From the NCBI GenBank assembly GCA_964625865.1, contig CAZVEV010000001.1:1-62053 (forward strand): a DNA stretch of 62,053 nt, read 5' to 3'. Both the position numbers and the translations under genes were made by a program. The stretch comes from an uncultured Planctomycetaceae bacterium (GTDB lineage Bacteria; Planctomycetota; Phycisphaerae; SM23-33). Positions 1-8,285 of this stretch are shown here, one piece after another. Each line of letters starts with the position of its first letter. Positions within the stretch are counted from its first letter, which is position 1. The notes below the pieces were generated by a model, which was not told the origin of the DNA, searched no databases, and was given only the letters and a program-made list of their open reading frames with translations.

Positions 1-265
1 GGCGCGACACTGGATCTTCTCCCGTCCCGGAGGCGGCCTTAGGCCGGCCGTTCTTGCCGAAGTACGCCTTGAGCACATTCTCTCGGTCGGTCGGGGTCTT
101 GCTCGGGGACGTGTTACTGCGATCCGTGCCGTGTTCGACGCTCCAGCCGTGCCACTCGCGGTACGCGTGGTACGCCCAGTCCCAGCCCTCGGCCTCGAAT
201 AGCTCGATCAGCAGGACCGCCATACCCAGCACGGCCGGACGACATCCCAGAAGGTGCTCGAACAT
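1..265 (-). CDS. hypothetical protein, N-terminal part only (ORF runs off the left edge; absent from the supplied ORF track because it has no stop in the window)
   Basis: ATG at 263-265 with AAGGAG 5 nt upstream. Reads MFEHLLGCRPAVLGMAVLLIELFEAEGWDWAYHAYREWHGW... and stays open to position 1. Third codon positions are G/C-rich. It starts 23 nt after the TAA (289-291) of the upstream same-strand gene. Confidence 0.4.
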   Translation of the reverse strand, partial: MFEHLLGCRPAVLGMAVLLIELFEAEGWDWAYHAYREWHGWSVEHGTDRSNTSPSKTPTDRENVLKAYFGKNGRPKAASGTGEDPVSR

Positions 266-288
266 CACGTCTCCTTCACAGCGTGGTG

Positions 289-3147
289 TTATCGATTCTG
301 CGAGTTCCCGGGCGCCTTTGCGGGGGCCAGGCCCAGCGAGGTCTGGATCGGGAAGTTGCAGATGCAGCCGGAGCTTGCTTCGGGAATCAGCACCATGCCT
401 CCGACGGGCAGGATGTTGATCCAGCAGCCCGGGCGCGTGGCGCGCGTCAGGGGTCCGTGCTTGCCCGAGGCCAGGTCGAACCGGTGGGGGGTGCGGTTCC
501 GGAAGAAGATCGTCGTCGCCGATGCGTTCAGCGCCCCGCACCCGCCGCGCCGCGATTTGACCCACGGCCAGGGCCACGCCGTGCGCTCGCCGGTGTCCAG
601 GGCGTAGGCGTAGGGCTCGATGTAGAGCGTCTTGCCGATGATCAACGGGTGCTGGTCCTGCTCGCCATGGATCGTTCCCGCCCGGATGTTCCGGTTGAAC
701 GACGTGGTCCACGCGACGGCGCCGGTGGCGGCGTCGAAAACGTGGACGTCATACCACAGCCTGCCCTTGAGGTTCCGCGAACCGGTCACCACGACCTTGC
801 CCTCGGTGGCCACCAGGTTCACGCTGTGCTCCAACTTCGCCAGGTCGCACGGCGCCCGCCAAAGCCGCTTGCCCGTCCCGAGATCCAGCGCTGTCACGAA
901 CGCGCCCTTGGCGAACAGGGGGGGCAGCTTGATTCGCCCGTCGGCGTCCTTCAGCGTCTCGGCGGCGGCGCTTTCGACGGCGAACACCTTCCCGTCGTCG
1001 ATGGCGATCGTGGGGTTCGGCACCATGCCGCTTCCGGCGTCGTAGGTCCATCGGGGCCGTCCGGGCCGTCCGGTCCGCACGTCCAGCGCGAACAGCCGCC
1101 TGCTGCAGACGAACGTCCCGTTGTCGTAGTAGCAGCCGTCTCGAAGGGTCGTGGCGCTCTGGGTGCGCCACGACGCCCCGGCCGGCGTCACACTGCCGAC
1201 CAGCACGCCGTCAACGGCGGCGAGGTAGCCCCACTCGCCTTTGACCTCGGCCGTCAGCGGCGGGGCCGTAAAGACCCGGCGCGGCTTGCCGGTTTGCGTG
1301 TCCAGCGCGAAGCACTTGTCGCCGGCGGCCACGTAGAGGCGGTCGCCGGCCAGCGCCATGTGACCGCTGTTGCGCAGGGCACCGACGCGAAGCGAGCCGG
1401 GGACCTCCCGTTCCCACAGCATCGTGCCGTTGCAGGCATCGAGGGCGAACACGCGGCCGGCGCCGGGTACGAACAGCCGTCCGGCCTGCCAGAGTGGCGA
1501 CATGACGCGGTGGTGGCGATCGACCATGTTCCGCGGTCCGGGGCGCCCGAACCACTGGAGAGCGAGCGGGCCGGAGGGTGTGGCGTCGCCGCTGCAGGCG
1601 GTGTTGCCCGGCGTGGCGTACATGTGCGACCACTGCCCGCCGCCGCCCGGCCCGCGACGCGCAACGCGCCCCGCGTCGGCGCCCTGGACGACGGCCCCGC
1701 CAAACGGGCGACAGACGCGCATGGCTTCGGCCTGTGCGGCGTCGGCGGGATCGTCCCAGATGACGAGATTGAACAGGCCGTCGGCGTAGGGCAGGGGGGC
1801 CGCCGAACGGTGAACCACCACGCGGCCGTACAGGCCTGCTGCGTCGATGGCGCTCCGTGCGGCGGCGGCCTTGGTGGGGTCGGATTCGACGCAGACGACC
1901 CGCAGCGTGGTCAGGCGGGCAAGTTCGCAGGCCAGCCCCACCGTGGCACCGGGACCGATCAACGCGTAGCCCTTCGTCGCGCCGGCCCGCGCGATGAGTC
2001 GTCGCGCGGCGTCGGTGGACCGCTTCGGGGCCGTGCGGTTGGTGTAGGGCAGCGGCTTCGGCGCCGGCGAGGCTTCGTCACCCGAGCCGGCCGGCCCCGG
2101 TGCGAAGCAGGTGACTATCCCCTTGTCCGTGCTGACCAGCAGCCGCCCGCCGGCAACAGCCAGCGAATACGCCTTGCCGTCCACCCCCGCCGACCAGGTT
2201 TCCTTCCCGTCAGCGCCACTGATCGCCGCGACCTTGCCCTCGCCCCCGCCGAACCGCATCTTGCCCGCGCCAATGAACGCATACGGATAGGCGGCGGGTA
2301 CCTTCATCGCCGCTACCGCAGGCCCCTTGCCCCGCCGCGCCAGCGAGGCGATGAAGCTCCCTCGCGTGTCGCGCCCGGTCTGGCCGTGCAAACGGTCGCC
2401 CCGTCGCGCCAGGTACCCCTGCATCGCTGCTCCCAGGCGTTTGCTCTCGATCTTCCGCCCCGTGCGGACATCCAGCGTTACCAGCTCGACGCCCCACGTC
2501 GGGAACATGCCCGCGCAGAAGTATGCCCGGTCGCCCTCGACCAGTACGCCGGTCCGCACCGGGTGGTCGCTGATGATCCGCCCGTTTCCCGCGATCCGCC
2601 GGTCGGGCCAGGCCGCGTGGCGATACGTCCACAGCAGGCGACCGGTCCGGCTGTTCAGGCAATACACGCGCCCGTCATCGGAGCCGAACAGCAGGCGATC
2701 GCCCGCCACCGTCGGCGCCAGGCGCACGGGCCCCTCGGTGAAGAATCGCCACACCTCGCGCCCGGTGACGGCGTCGAGGCAGGTGACCGTATCATCAGCC
2801 GACGAGCCGAAGTAGACCCGCGAGTCGGCGGCTACCAGGTGATACGCCCGGTCGTACGTCACACGCGGCTTGAGATTGCTCCGCCGGTGCCAGTAGTCGT
2901 GCCTCGCCGGTGCGGGCCAGGCCGCCTCCGGACGGTGGCGACAGCGATAGGTCCACTGCCGTTTCAGCGGCAGGGCGAGCGTCTCGGGCGTCAGGCCGGT
3001 CCGGGCGTTGTTCTGCATGTATGTGCCCCACCCCGCGACGGGGGGGGCGGCCTGCTGTTCCGCCTTCCCGTCGTCCGCACGGACTGCGGCCGAGGCGCAC
3101 GCGGCGACCAGAAGCACCGCCAGCGGTCTGCCCACCGTTCGTATCAT
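289..3147 (-). CDS. secreted PQQ/BamB-like beta-propeller repeat protein with an internal degenerate Rossmann/methyltransferase-like segment
   Basis: ORF 289-3174. ATG 3147 has AAGGAC upstream and gives signal peptide MIRTVGRPLAVLLVAACASAAVRA; 3174 is the alternative start. Repeated blades include VYFGSSADDTVTCLDAVTGREVWRF, RLLFGSDDGRVYCLNSRTGRLLW and RLYVAAGDKCFALDTQTGK. Internal segment GYALIGPGATVGLACEL..VVCVESD. C-terminal motif GCW..P.GG..L.P...GCIC. The antisense 965-aa ORF is R/G/P-rich junk. Confidence 0.8.
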   Translation of the reverse strand: MIRTVGRPLAVLLVAACASAAVRADDGKAEQQAAPPVAGWGTYMQNNARTGLTPETLALPLKRQWTYRCRHRPEAAWPAPARHDYWHRRSNLKPRVTYDRAYHLVAADSRVYFGSSADDTVTCLDAVTGREVWRFFTEGPVRLAPTVAGDRLLFGSDDGRVYCLNSRTGRLLWTYRHAAWPDRRIAGNGRIISDHPVRTGVLVEGDRAYFCAGMFPTWGVELVTLDVRTGRKIESKRLGAAMQGYLARRGDRLHGQTGRDTRGSFIASLARRGKGPAVAAMKVPAAYPYAFIGAGKMRFGGGEGKVAAISGADGKETWSAGVDGKAYSLAVAGGRLLVSTDKGIVTCFAPGPAGSGDEASPAPKPLPYTNRTAPKRSTDAARRLIARAGATKGYALIGPGATVGLACELARLTTLRVVCVESDPTKAAAARSAIDAAGLYGRVVVHRSAAPLPYADGLFNLVIWDDPADAAQAEAMRVCRPFGGAVVQGADAGRVARRGPGGGGQWSHMYATPGNTACSGDATPSGPLALQWFGRPGPRNMVDRHHRVMSPLWQAGRLFVPGAGRVFALDACNGTMLWEREVPGSLRVGALRNSGHMALAGDRLYVAAGDKCFALDTQTGKPRRVFTAPPLTAEVKGEWGYLAAVDGVLVGSVTPAGASWRTQSATTLRDGCYYDNGTFVCSRRLFALDVRTGRPGRPRWTYDAGSGMVPNPTIAIDDGKVFAVESAAAETLKDADGRIKLPPLFAKGAFVTALDLGTGKRLWRAPCDLAKLEHSVNLVATEGKVVVTGSRNLKGRLWYDVHVFDAATGAVAWTTSFNRNIRAGTIHGEQDQHPLIIGKTLYIEPYAYALDTGERTAWPWPWVKSRRGGCGALNASATTIFFRNRTPHRFDLASGKHGPLTRATRPGCWINILPVGGMVLIPEASSGCICNFPIQTSLGLAPAKAPGNSQNR

Positions 3148-3193
3148 GCTCGCGTCCTTATCATGGTTCGCCATCGCTGAGGCAAAGTGGCAG

Positions 3194-4633
3194 CTACAGG
3201 GTCCAGCCTGGCCTGTACTCGCGGCGGATGAGCTTGTTTGCCGCGGCTACATTGGTGACCTTCATCTCGCTGACGTCCCACTCGATCTTCCGGCCGGCCT
3301 GGAGGGCGACGTTGCCTAGCAGGACCATTTCGGTCAGCGGGCCGGCCCGGTCGAAGCTGGAGCAGGGCTGCTTCTTCGCCTGACACGCGGTGAGCCATTC
3401 CTGGATGTGGCGCGACCCGGTCTGCCAGCCGTACCGGTCCGCCACGGGCGGGATCTTCTTAAACGACTTGTTCACGGGCGTGATGTCGGCAAACTCGGGG
3501 ATTGTGCGCGGCCCGGCCTGCCCGGCGAGCGTGCCGGCCGTGATGCCTCCGAACGTCATCGCGCATTTCTCGCCGATGAAGATGCTCCCATTGCTGCCGA
3601 GCCCCCTGACGTTGGGGAAGCCCTTGGGCAGGGGAGGCTTTCGCCCGCCGTCGTACCAGGTGATCGTCACGGGCGGCGCCTCGCCCCGAGCGGGGAAACG
3701 GTAGCGAACGGTCGAGGCGGCCGGGTAGGTCCCCGCGCCGACGCCGGTCGACTCGGCTTCCACGGAAAACGACGTGGCCTCGGCCAGATGCATCGCCCAG
3801 AACGGCCCGTCCATCACGTGACAGCCCATCGCGCCCAGCGCCCCGGTGCCGAAGTCCACCCACCCCCGCCAGCGATACGGATGGTACGCCGGGCTATACC
3901 GCCGCTCGGGTGCCGGGCCCAGCCACAGGTCCCACGCCAGGTCCTCGGGCGTCGCGACGGGCTTGCCTGCCTTGACGTTCCCCTGCGGCCACACGGGGCG
4001 GTTCGTCCAGCAGTGGATGTCCCGGATCGGTCCGAGCCCGCCGCCCCAGACCATCTGGCAGGCGCGGCGGATAGTGGGCCCGGAATGGCGCTCGTTGCCC
4101 ATCTGCGTGACCACGCCCGTTTCGGCGGCGATCTTGACCAGTTGCCTGACCTCCCACACGTCGTGGGCCAGCGGCATCTCCGTGTAGACGTGTTTGCCTC
4201 GCCGCATCACCTCGGCGGTGATGACCGCATGCGTGTGGTCGGGCGTGGAGACCACCACCGCGTCGATGGACTTCTCCTTGTCGAGCATCTTGCGGAAGTC
4301 CTTGTACTTCGCGGCCTTCGGAAACCGCTTCATCGCGACGGCAGAGAGCGTCCAGTCCACGTCGCACAGCGCGACGACGTTGTGGCCGATGCACTTTTCG
4401 AGATTGGCCAGCCCGCACGCGCCCAGCCCGATGCCTGCGATGTTCAGCTTCTCGCCCGGGGGCGGCGGCGCGGGCTTGCCTTTCTTCTTCTTCCGCTTGG
4501 CACCCAGCACGCTGCTCGGGACGATCGTCAGGGCCGCTCCCGCGGCGCCCCGGCTGAGCAGTCGCCGCCTGGAGATCCGCCCGCCGCTTTCTGGTCGCTC
4601 TGCTCTTCGTTCAGACATGTTCTCGGTATCCAT
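3194..4633 (-). CDS. TAT-exported Gfo/Idh/MocA family oxidoreductase
   Basis: Twin-arginine signal ISRRRLLSRGAAGAALTIV. Rossmann motif LNIAGIGLGACG and the typical VVVSTPDHTHAVI..GKHVYTEMPL core. ATG 4631-4633 has AAGAGGG upstream and lies 1 nt after the TAA (4635-4637) of the preceding gene. The track start 4666 would overlap that gene. Confidence 0.85.
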   Translation of the reverse strand: MDTENMSERRAERPESGGRISRRRLLSRGAAGAALTIVPSSVLGAKRKKKKGKPAPPPPGEKLNIAGIGLGACGLANLEKCIGHNVVALCDVDWTLSAVAMKRFPKAAKYKDFRKMLDKEKSIDAVVVSTPDHTHAVITAEVMRRGKHVYTEMPLAHDVWEVRQLVKIAAETGVVTQMGNERHSGPTIRRACQMVWGGGLGPIRDIHCWTNRPVWPQGNVKAGKPVATPEDLAWDLWLGPAPERRYSPAYHPYRWRGWVDFGTGALGAMGCHVMDGPFWAMHLAEATSFSVEAESTGVGAGTYPAASTVRYRFPARGEAPPVTITWYDGGRKPPLPKGFPNVRGLGSNGSIFIGEKCAMTFGGITAGTLAGQAGPRTIPEFADITPVNKSFKKIPPVADRYGWQTGSRHIQEWLTACQAKKQPCSSFDRAGPLTEMVLLGNVALQAGRKIEWDVSEMKVTNVAAANKLIRREYRPGWTL

Positions 4634-4634
4634 G

Positions 4635-7600
4635 TTAACGACCCTCTTTCTCGCCCAGGCAGACAAGCGCCCCGTCCATCGTGGCCATGTACAGGCGTCC
4701 GCCGGCGGCGATCAGCCCGTCGAAGACCGGCACTCGCTGGGTCTTCAGTTCCGACAGCGTGCTCCCGTCGGCGGCTCGCATTACGCGAAGCACGGACCCT
4801 CTCCGCCCGGTCATCGCTTCGAACGCCCCCGCGTCGGGGGCAAGGTCCGGCGGGCCGGCGATGTAGAGATGCTTGCCCTGTCCTGAGCCTGTCGAAGGGC
4901 CTGCCCCGCCCTTCGTCGAGGCCCCGGCCAGCACCATCCCGTGGGCGCGAATCGGCACCCGCTCGGACCATATCGGAAGCTCCGTCCGCGAGAAGCCCCG
5001 TCCCTTCTCGCGCCCGATCTCGATCGGCCTCAGCGTCGAAATGGTCGTGTTGCGGTCGGCAAACAGTTCATATCCGTCGCCGGGCGTGAACTCCGGGCTG
5101 TGTCCCCTGCGGTGGCGGTAGACCTTCAGGCCGTACGTCGTGCTCTCGTCGAAGGCCAGGATCTGCCCGGACTTGGCGCCGAGGTAGTTGAAGTAGTACC
5201 CGGGCCAGCGCTGCCCGTACACCCAGTAGGTCCGGTTGAACCACGTCTTGTCCAGGAAGCCGTCGGTGGTCATCAGGTGCATGCCCACCATGCGGTCGCC
5301 CAGCTTGGTCACGCGTGTGGTCGGCTGGACCGTCAGATCGGCGTTGAACCGCATCTGGAACATGTAGATGTCTTCGGCCCCGGCGACGAGGATGTCCGTC
5401 TTCGTGCCGGTCATGTCAAACGGGCGCCCGGCGTCCTTCGAGGTGTCGGGCCTGGGACTGGCGAGGTGTCTCTCGTGAATCACCTTGCCCGTCGCCGGGT
5501 CCAGGGCGTAGGCGGTGATGCCGCCGTCGAGGTACGAGGACCGCCCGGCCGTGAAGTACACGGTGGCACGGGCATCTTGCCCGTGTTGTCCCTTTACGGG
5601 CGAGACGCCCCTGCTACGAACCAGCACGCTGCCGTGAACGGGCCAGGCCGACTCGAGCTGCCCGCGTATGCAGACTTGGCGCAGCTTCGGCGCGGCCCGG
5701 AAGCGCCACACCAGCGCCCCGTCCGAGGCCCGCAGGCAGTAGACGTGTCCGTCGGTGCACCCGAACAGGACCAGCGATCCGTGTATGGTGGGGGGCGAGT
5801 CCACGCGGGCCCCCGCGATGTAATGCCACAACCGCTTGCCGGTCCCGGCGTCGACGCAGTGGACGGTGTGGGCGTCCGGCTCGGCGACGAAGACCCTCCC
5901 GCCGGCCGCCACCGGCGGCGTCAGCGCGCCGTGGCGCTGCTCGGGACGGACGTATTGCAGGCTTGCGCTTGGGCCGCCGCCGGGCGGCTTGTCGGGGCCG
6001 ATGGCGACGGCCTTGACGTTCCCCAGACGCCTCTCCACCTGCTTGACGGGCCGAACGCTGACAGTGAGGGCCCCGGTCTTGGCCAGGTTGACCTGCCCGA
6101 CGCGAACCCACACGAAGTCCGTCCAGCCGTTGGTATGGCGGATGCGGCCGGTGAGTTTCGCTTCACCGACGGCCAACTCGAACACCGATCCACCGGGGCC
6201 CGCGTTGGACTGGCAGATCCAGACCGTCTGCCTGCCGGCCGTCTGGATCTTCGCTCGCCACGTGATATACGTGTCCTTGCCGCGCCAGGCGCTTATATGG
6301 TCGCCGCTCTTCTTCGCTCCGCTGCCGTGGACCGTCGCATCGGCTGCACGGAGAACGAGGTGGCTGACCTTGTCAGTCGGTTCCTTGGGCTCGGGTTTCC
6401 CACCAGTGGCGGCTGTCCCGATCAGCGCGGTTGTCCACAGGCTGGCCGGCTTGGCGGTCAGGGCGGCGGTCGTCGATCCGCTCCGCCGGGCGTCGTGACG
6501 GTACGTGGGCCAGTCGGATTGTCGATTGTCGATTGCCGACTGCCGATTGATCTTGCCGTACGCCGGGCCGCGCGTCAGCCGGTCGGTCTTGTCAGCCTTG
6601 GGGACATCGTCGCTCGCACGCATCTTTGCGCCCAGGGCGTTCAGGCCGGTCAGCATGACGCCGGGGTAGCAGAAGCACTGGTGGGGGGGCACGTAGAGCA
6701 GCCCGTTGGCCGGGATCACGCCGAAGCCGCACGCCCCGCGCATCCAGTTGTGCCTCATGTGGTTCCTGCTGACCAGGTCGAAGAACTCCACGCCACGCTT
6801 GTTCAGCAGGAGGTAACGCTTGGTCGCCTTGGGGGGATAGCAGCGAATGTGGTGGCCGGCCGTAACCAGCCGCTCGGCCGTCACCGTCCGCGTCACCTTG
6901 CCGGTCTTCGGGTCGTAGCCGTTGCGGGTCTCGGGATCCGGCTGCCACAGGAAGCTCCTGCCGTGCCCGCCGGCCCAGGCCCGCCAGAGGAGGCCCGAGG
7001 CCACGAACAGCCCCGGCGGGTTCCGCGCGTGGCCGCTGGCGTTGGGGCCCTTCCAGAGTTGCTTGCCCGTCTCGGCTGACACCGCCAGCGTCCCGCTGCC
7101 AGTCAGGTAGACTGCGCCATCGTGCATGACCACGTATCCGCGGGAGCCTCCCTTCGCTGCCGTCCGCCACAACTCCTTGCCGTCGGACAGCCTCAGGCAA
7201 ACCACCTCCTTGCCGTTGAAGTAGCACACCCGCCCGCCGCCGGCTACCAGCGTGTTGCTCGCGATGGACGTGGCCTTGGTCGCCCACAGGACCTTCCCGT
7301 CGGCCGCGTCGGCTGCCACCACGTGCTTGCCCGCCTGGCCGCCGGCGGGCTTGACCGTGGTGTTGAGTATCACCTTGCCCTCGCAGACCGCGATCTCGCT
7401 GACCGTGCCGGTGTCCTTGCAGGTGTGGAGCGTCTTGCCCGTTGCCGCGTCCAGGATGCACAGGGGGCCGCGCCCGTTCTGCGGGGCATACAGCCGGTCC
7501 CCGGCGGCTGTCAGGGCGTGGGGATGGCCCCTGTTCCAGGGCCGCTTCCAGAGCAGCACGCCGTTGAATGCGTCGCGCGCGATCAGCGTCCACAGCGCGG

Positions 7601-8270
7601 GCACGCCGCGCGGCTGGCCGATGATGCCCTCGTCGATGATGGCAAACATGCGCCCCTTGGCGGTGACCATGGCGTGGACGCTGGATGCGAACTCGTGGCT
7701 GCGACACCACAGGGGCGTGGCCTGCCATTGCAGACGCTCGGGCGGGCCCACGCGGTCATCATCGGCTACTGCGTTGTTGCCCGAGTCGTGGAGGTAATGG
7801 CTCCACTCGTCTATTTCGTCCGGCCAGGGCTTGACCGTCCGCGTCCACTTGTCGCCTTGTCGCCTGACAAGGACGCCCAGCGGGGCCAGGACCCGCATCA
7901 TCTCCTCGCGGGAGACGCCCGCGTCGCCCTCGACGACCAGGAGGTTCACCATGTCGGCTGACAGGGGCAGGTGCTTGCTTCGCCAGTGCTCGACCGACAC
8001 CTTGCCGTACACACCCAGCGAACGGATATGCTCCCGGGCCGCCGCGACCTTGGCCGCATCGCGCTCGAGCCCCCGCACGAGGTAGCGGTCGTTGGCGCGT
8101 AACGCCGCCGTCAACTTGCCATCCCCGCAGCCGACGTGTACCACCAGTCCGCCTTTGACGCCTGCGGCCTCAATGATCTTCGAGGCCTGGCCATCGGCCG
8201 CCTGCAGCGTCCCGGTCATCATCAGAAGTGAAGCCAGTACGCACACTGCTGCCAACCGTCGGAATATCAT
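4635..8270 (-). CDS. paralog A: signal peptide + SAM-methyltransferase-like domain + double PQQ-like beta-propeller, with a CBM-like insertion
   Basis: 1211-aa ORF. Signal peptide MIFRRLAAVCVLASLLMMTGTLQA. Motif I-like VVHVGCGDGKLT followed by LVRGLE. DEWSHYLHDSGNNAV. Blades such as GRVFVAEPDAHTVHCVDAGTGKRLWHY. 4-Cys motif HHIRC..RGACGFGVIPANGLLYVPPHQCFCY. AAAGGTG precedes ATG 8270. Confidence 0.85.
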   Translation of the reverse strand: MIFRRLAAVCVLASLLMMTGTLQAADGQASKIIEAAGVKGGLVVHVGCGDGKLTAALRANDRYLVRGLERDAAKVAAAREHIRSLGVYGKVSVEHWRSKHLPLSADMVNLLVVEGDAGVSREEMMRVLAPLGVLVRRQGDKWTRTVKPWPDEIDEWSHYLHDSGNNAVADDDRVGPPERLQWQATPLWCRSHEFASSVHAMVTAKGRMFAIIDEGIIGQPRGVPALWTLIARDAFNGVLLWKRPWNRGHPHALTAAGDRLYAPQNGRGPLCILDAATGKTLHTCKDTGTVSEIAVCEGKVILNTTVKPAGGQAGKHVVAADAADGKVLWATKATSIASNTLVAGGGRVCYFNGKEVVCLRLSDGKELWRTAAKGGSRGYVVMHDGAVYLTGSGTLAVSAETGKQLWKGPNASGHARNPPGLFVASGLLWRAWAGGHGRSFLWQPDPETRNGYDPKTGKVTRTVTAERLVTAGHHIRCYPPKATKRYLLLNKRGVEFFDLVSRNHMRHNWMRGACGFGVIPANGLLYVPPHQCFCYPGVMLTGLNALGAKMRASDDVPKADKTDRLTRGPAYGKINRQSAIDNRQSDWPTYRHDARRSGSTTAALTAKPASLWTTALIGTAATGGKPEPKEPTDKVSHLVLRAADATVHGSGAKKSGDHISAWRGKDTYITWRAKIQTAGRQTVWICQSNAGPGGSVFELAVGEAKLTGRIRHTNGWTDFVWVRVGQVNLAKTGALTVSVRPVKQVERRLGNVKAVAIGPDKPPGGGPSASLQYVRPEQRHGALTPPVAAGGRVFVAEPDAHTVHCVDAGTGKRLWHYIAGARVDSPPTIHGSLVLFGCTDGHVYCLRASDGALVWRFRAAPKLRQVCIRGQLESAWPVHGSVLVRSRGVSPVKGQHGQDARATVYFTAGRSSYLDGGITAYALDPATGKVIHERHLASPRPDTSKDAGRPFDMTGTKTDILVAGAEDIYMFQMRFNADLTVQPTTRVTKLGDRMVGMHLMTTDGFLDKTWFNRTYWVYGQRWPGYYFNYLGAKSGQILAFDESTTYGLKVYRHRRGHSPEFTPGDGYELFADRNTTISTLRPIEIGREKGRGFSRTELPIWSERVPIRAHGMVLAGASTKGGAGPSTGSGQGKHLYIAGPPDLAPDAGAFEAMTGRRGSVLRVMRAADGSTLSELKTQRVPVFDGLIAAGGRLYMATMDGALVCLGEKEGR
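6517..6551 (-). repeat. in-CDS heptanucleotide tandem repeat, paralog A (GATTGTC-type, 5 units)
   Basis: gattgtc gattgtc gattgcc gactgcc gattgat. Encodes KINRQSAIDNRQSDW. Confidence 0.9.
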
Positions 8271-8285
8271 CTCTGCACCTTTCTG

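Noticed and set aside
283-3180. 965-aa plus-strand ORF exactly mirroring the 961-aa minus-strand propeller gene. Similar long mirror ORFs occur at 3407-5089, 4941-7079, 8649-9626, 10644-11699, 13911-15365, 15119-16174 and 17330-19234.
   Set aside because: Their translations are dominated by R/G/P/A/H with no recognisable motifs. Stop-poor antisense frames are expected in high-GC DNA. The opposite strand carries signal peptides, SD sequences and repeated propeller blades.
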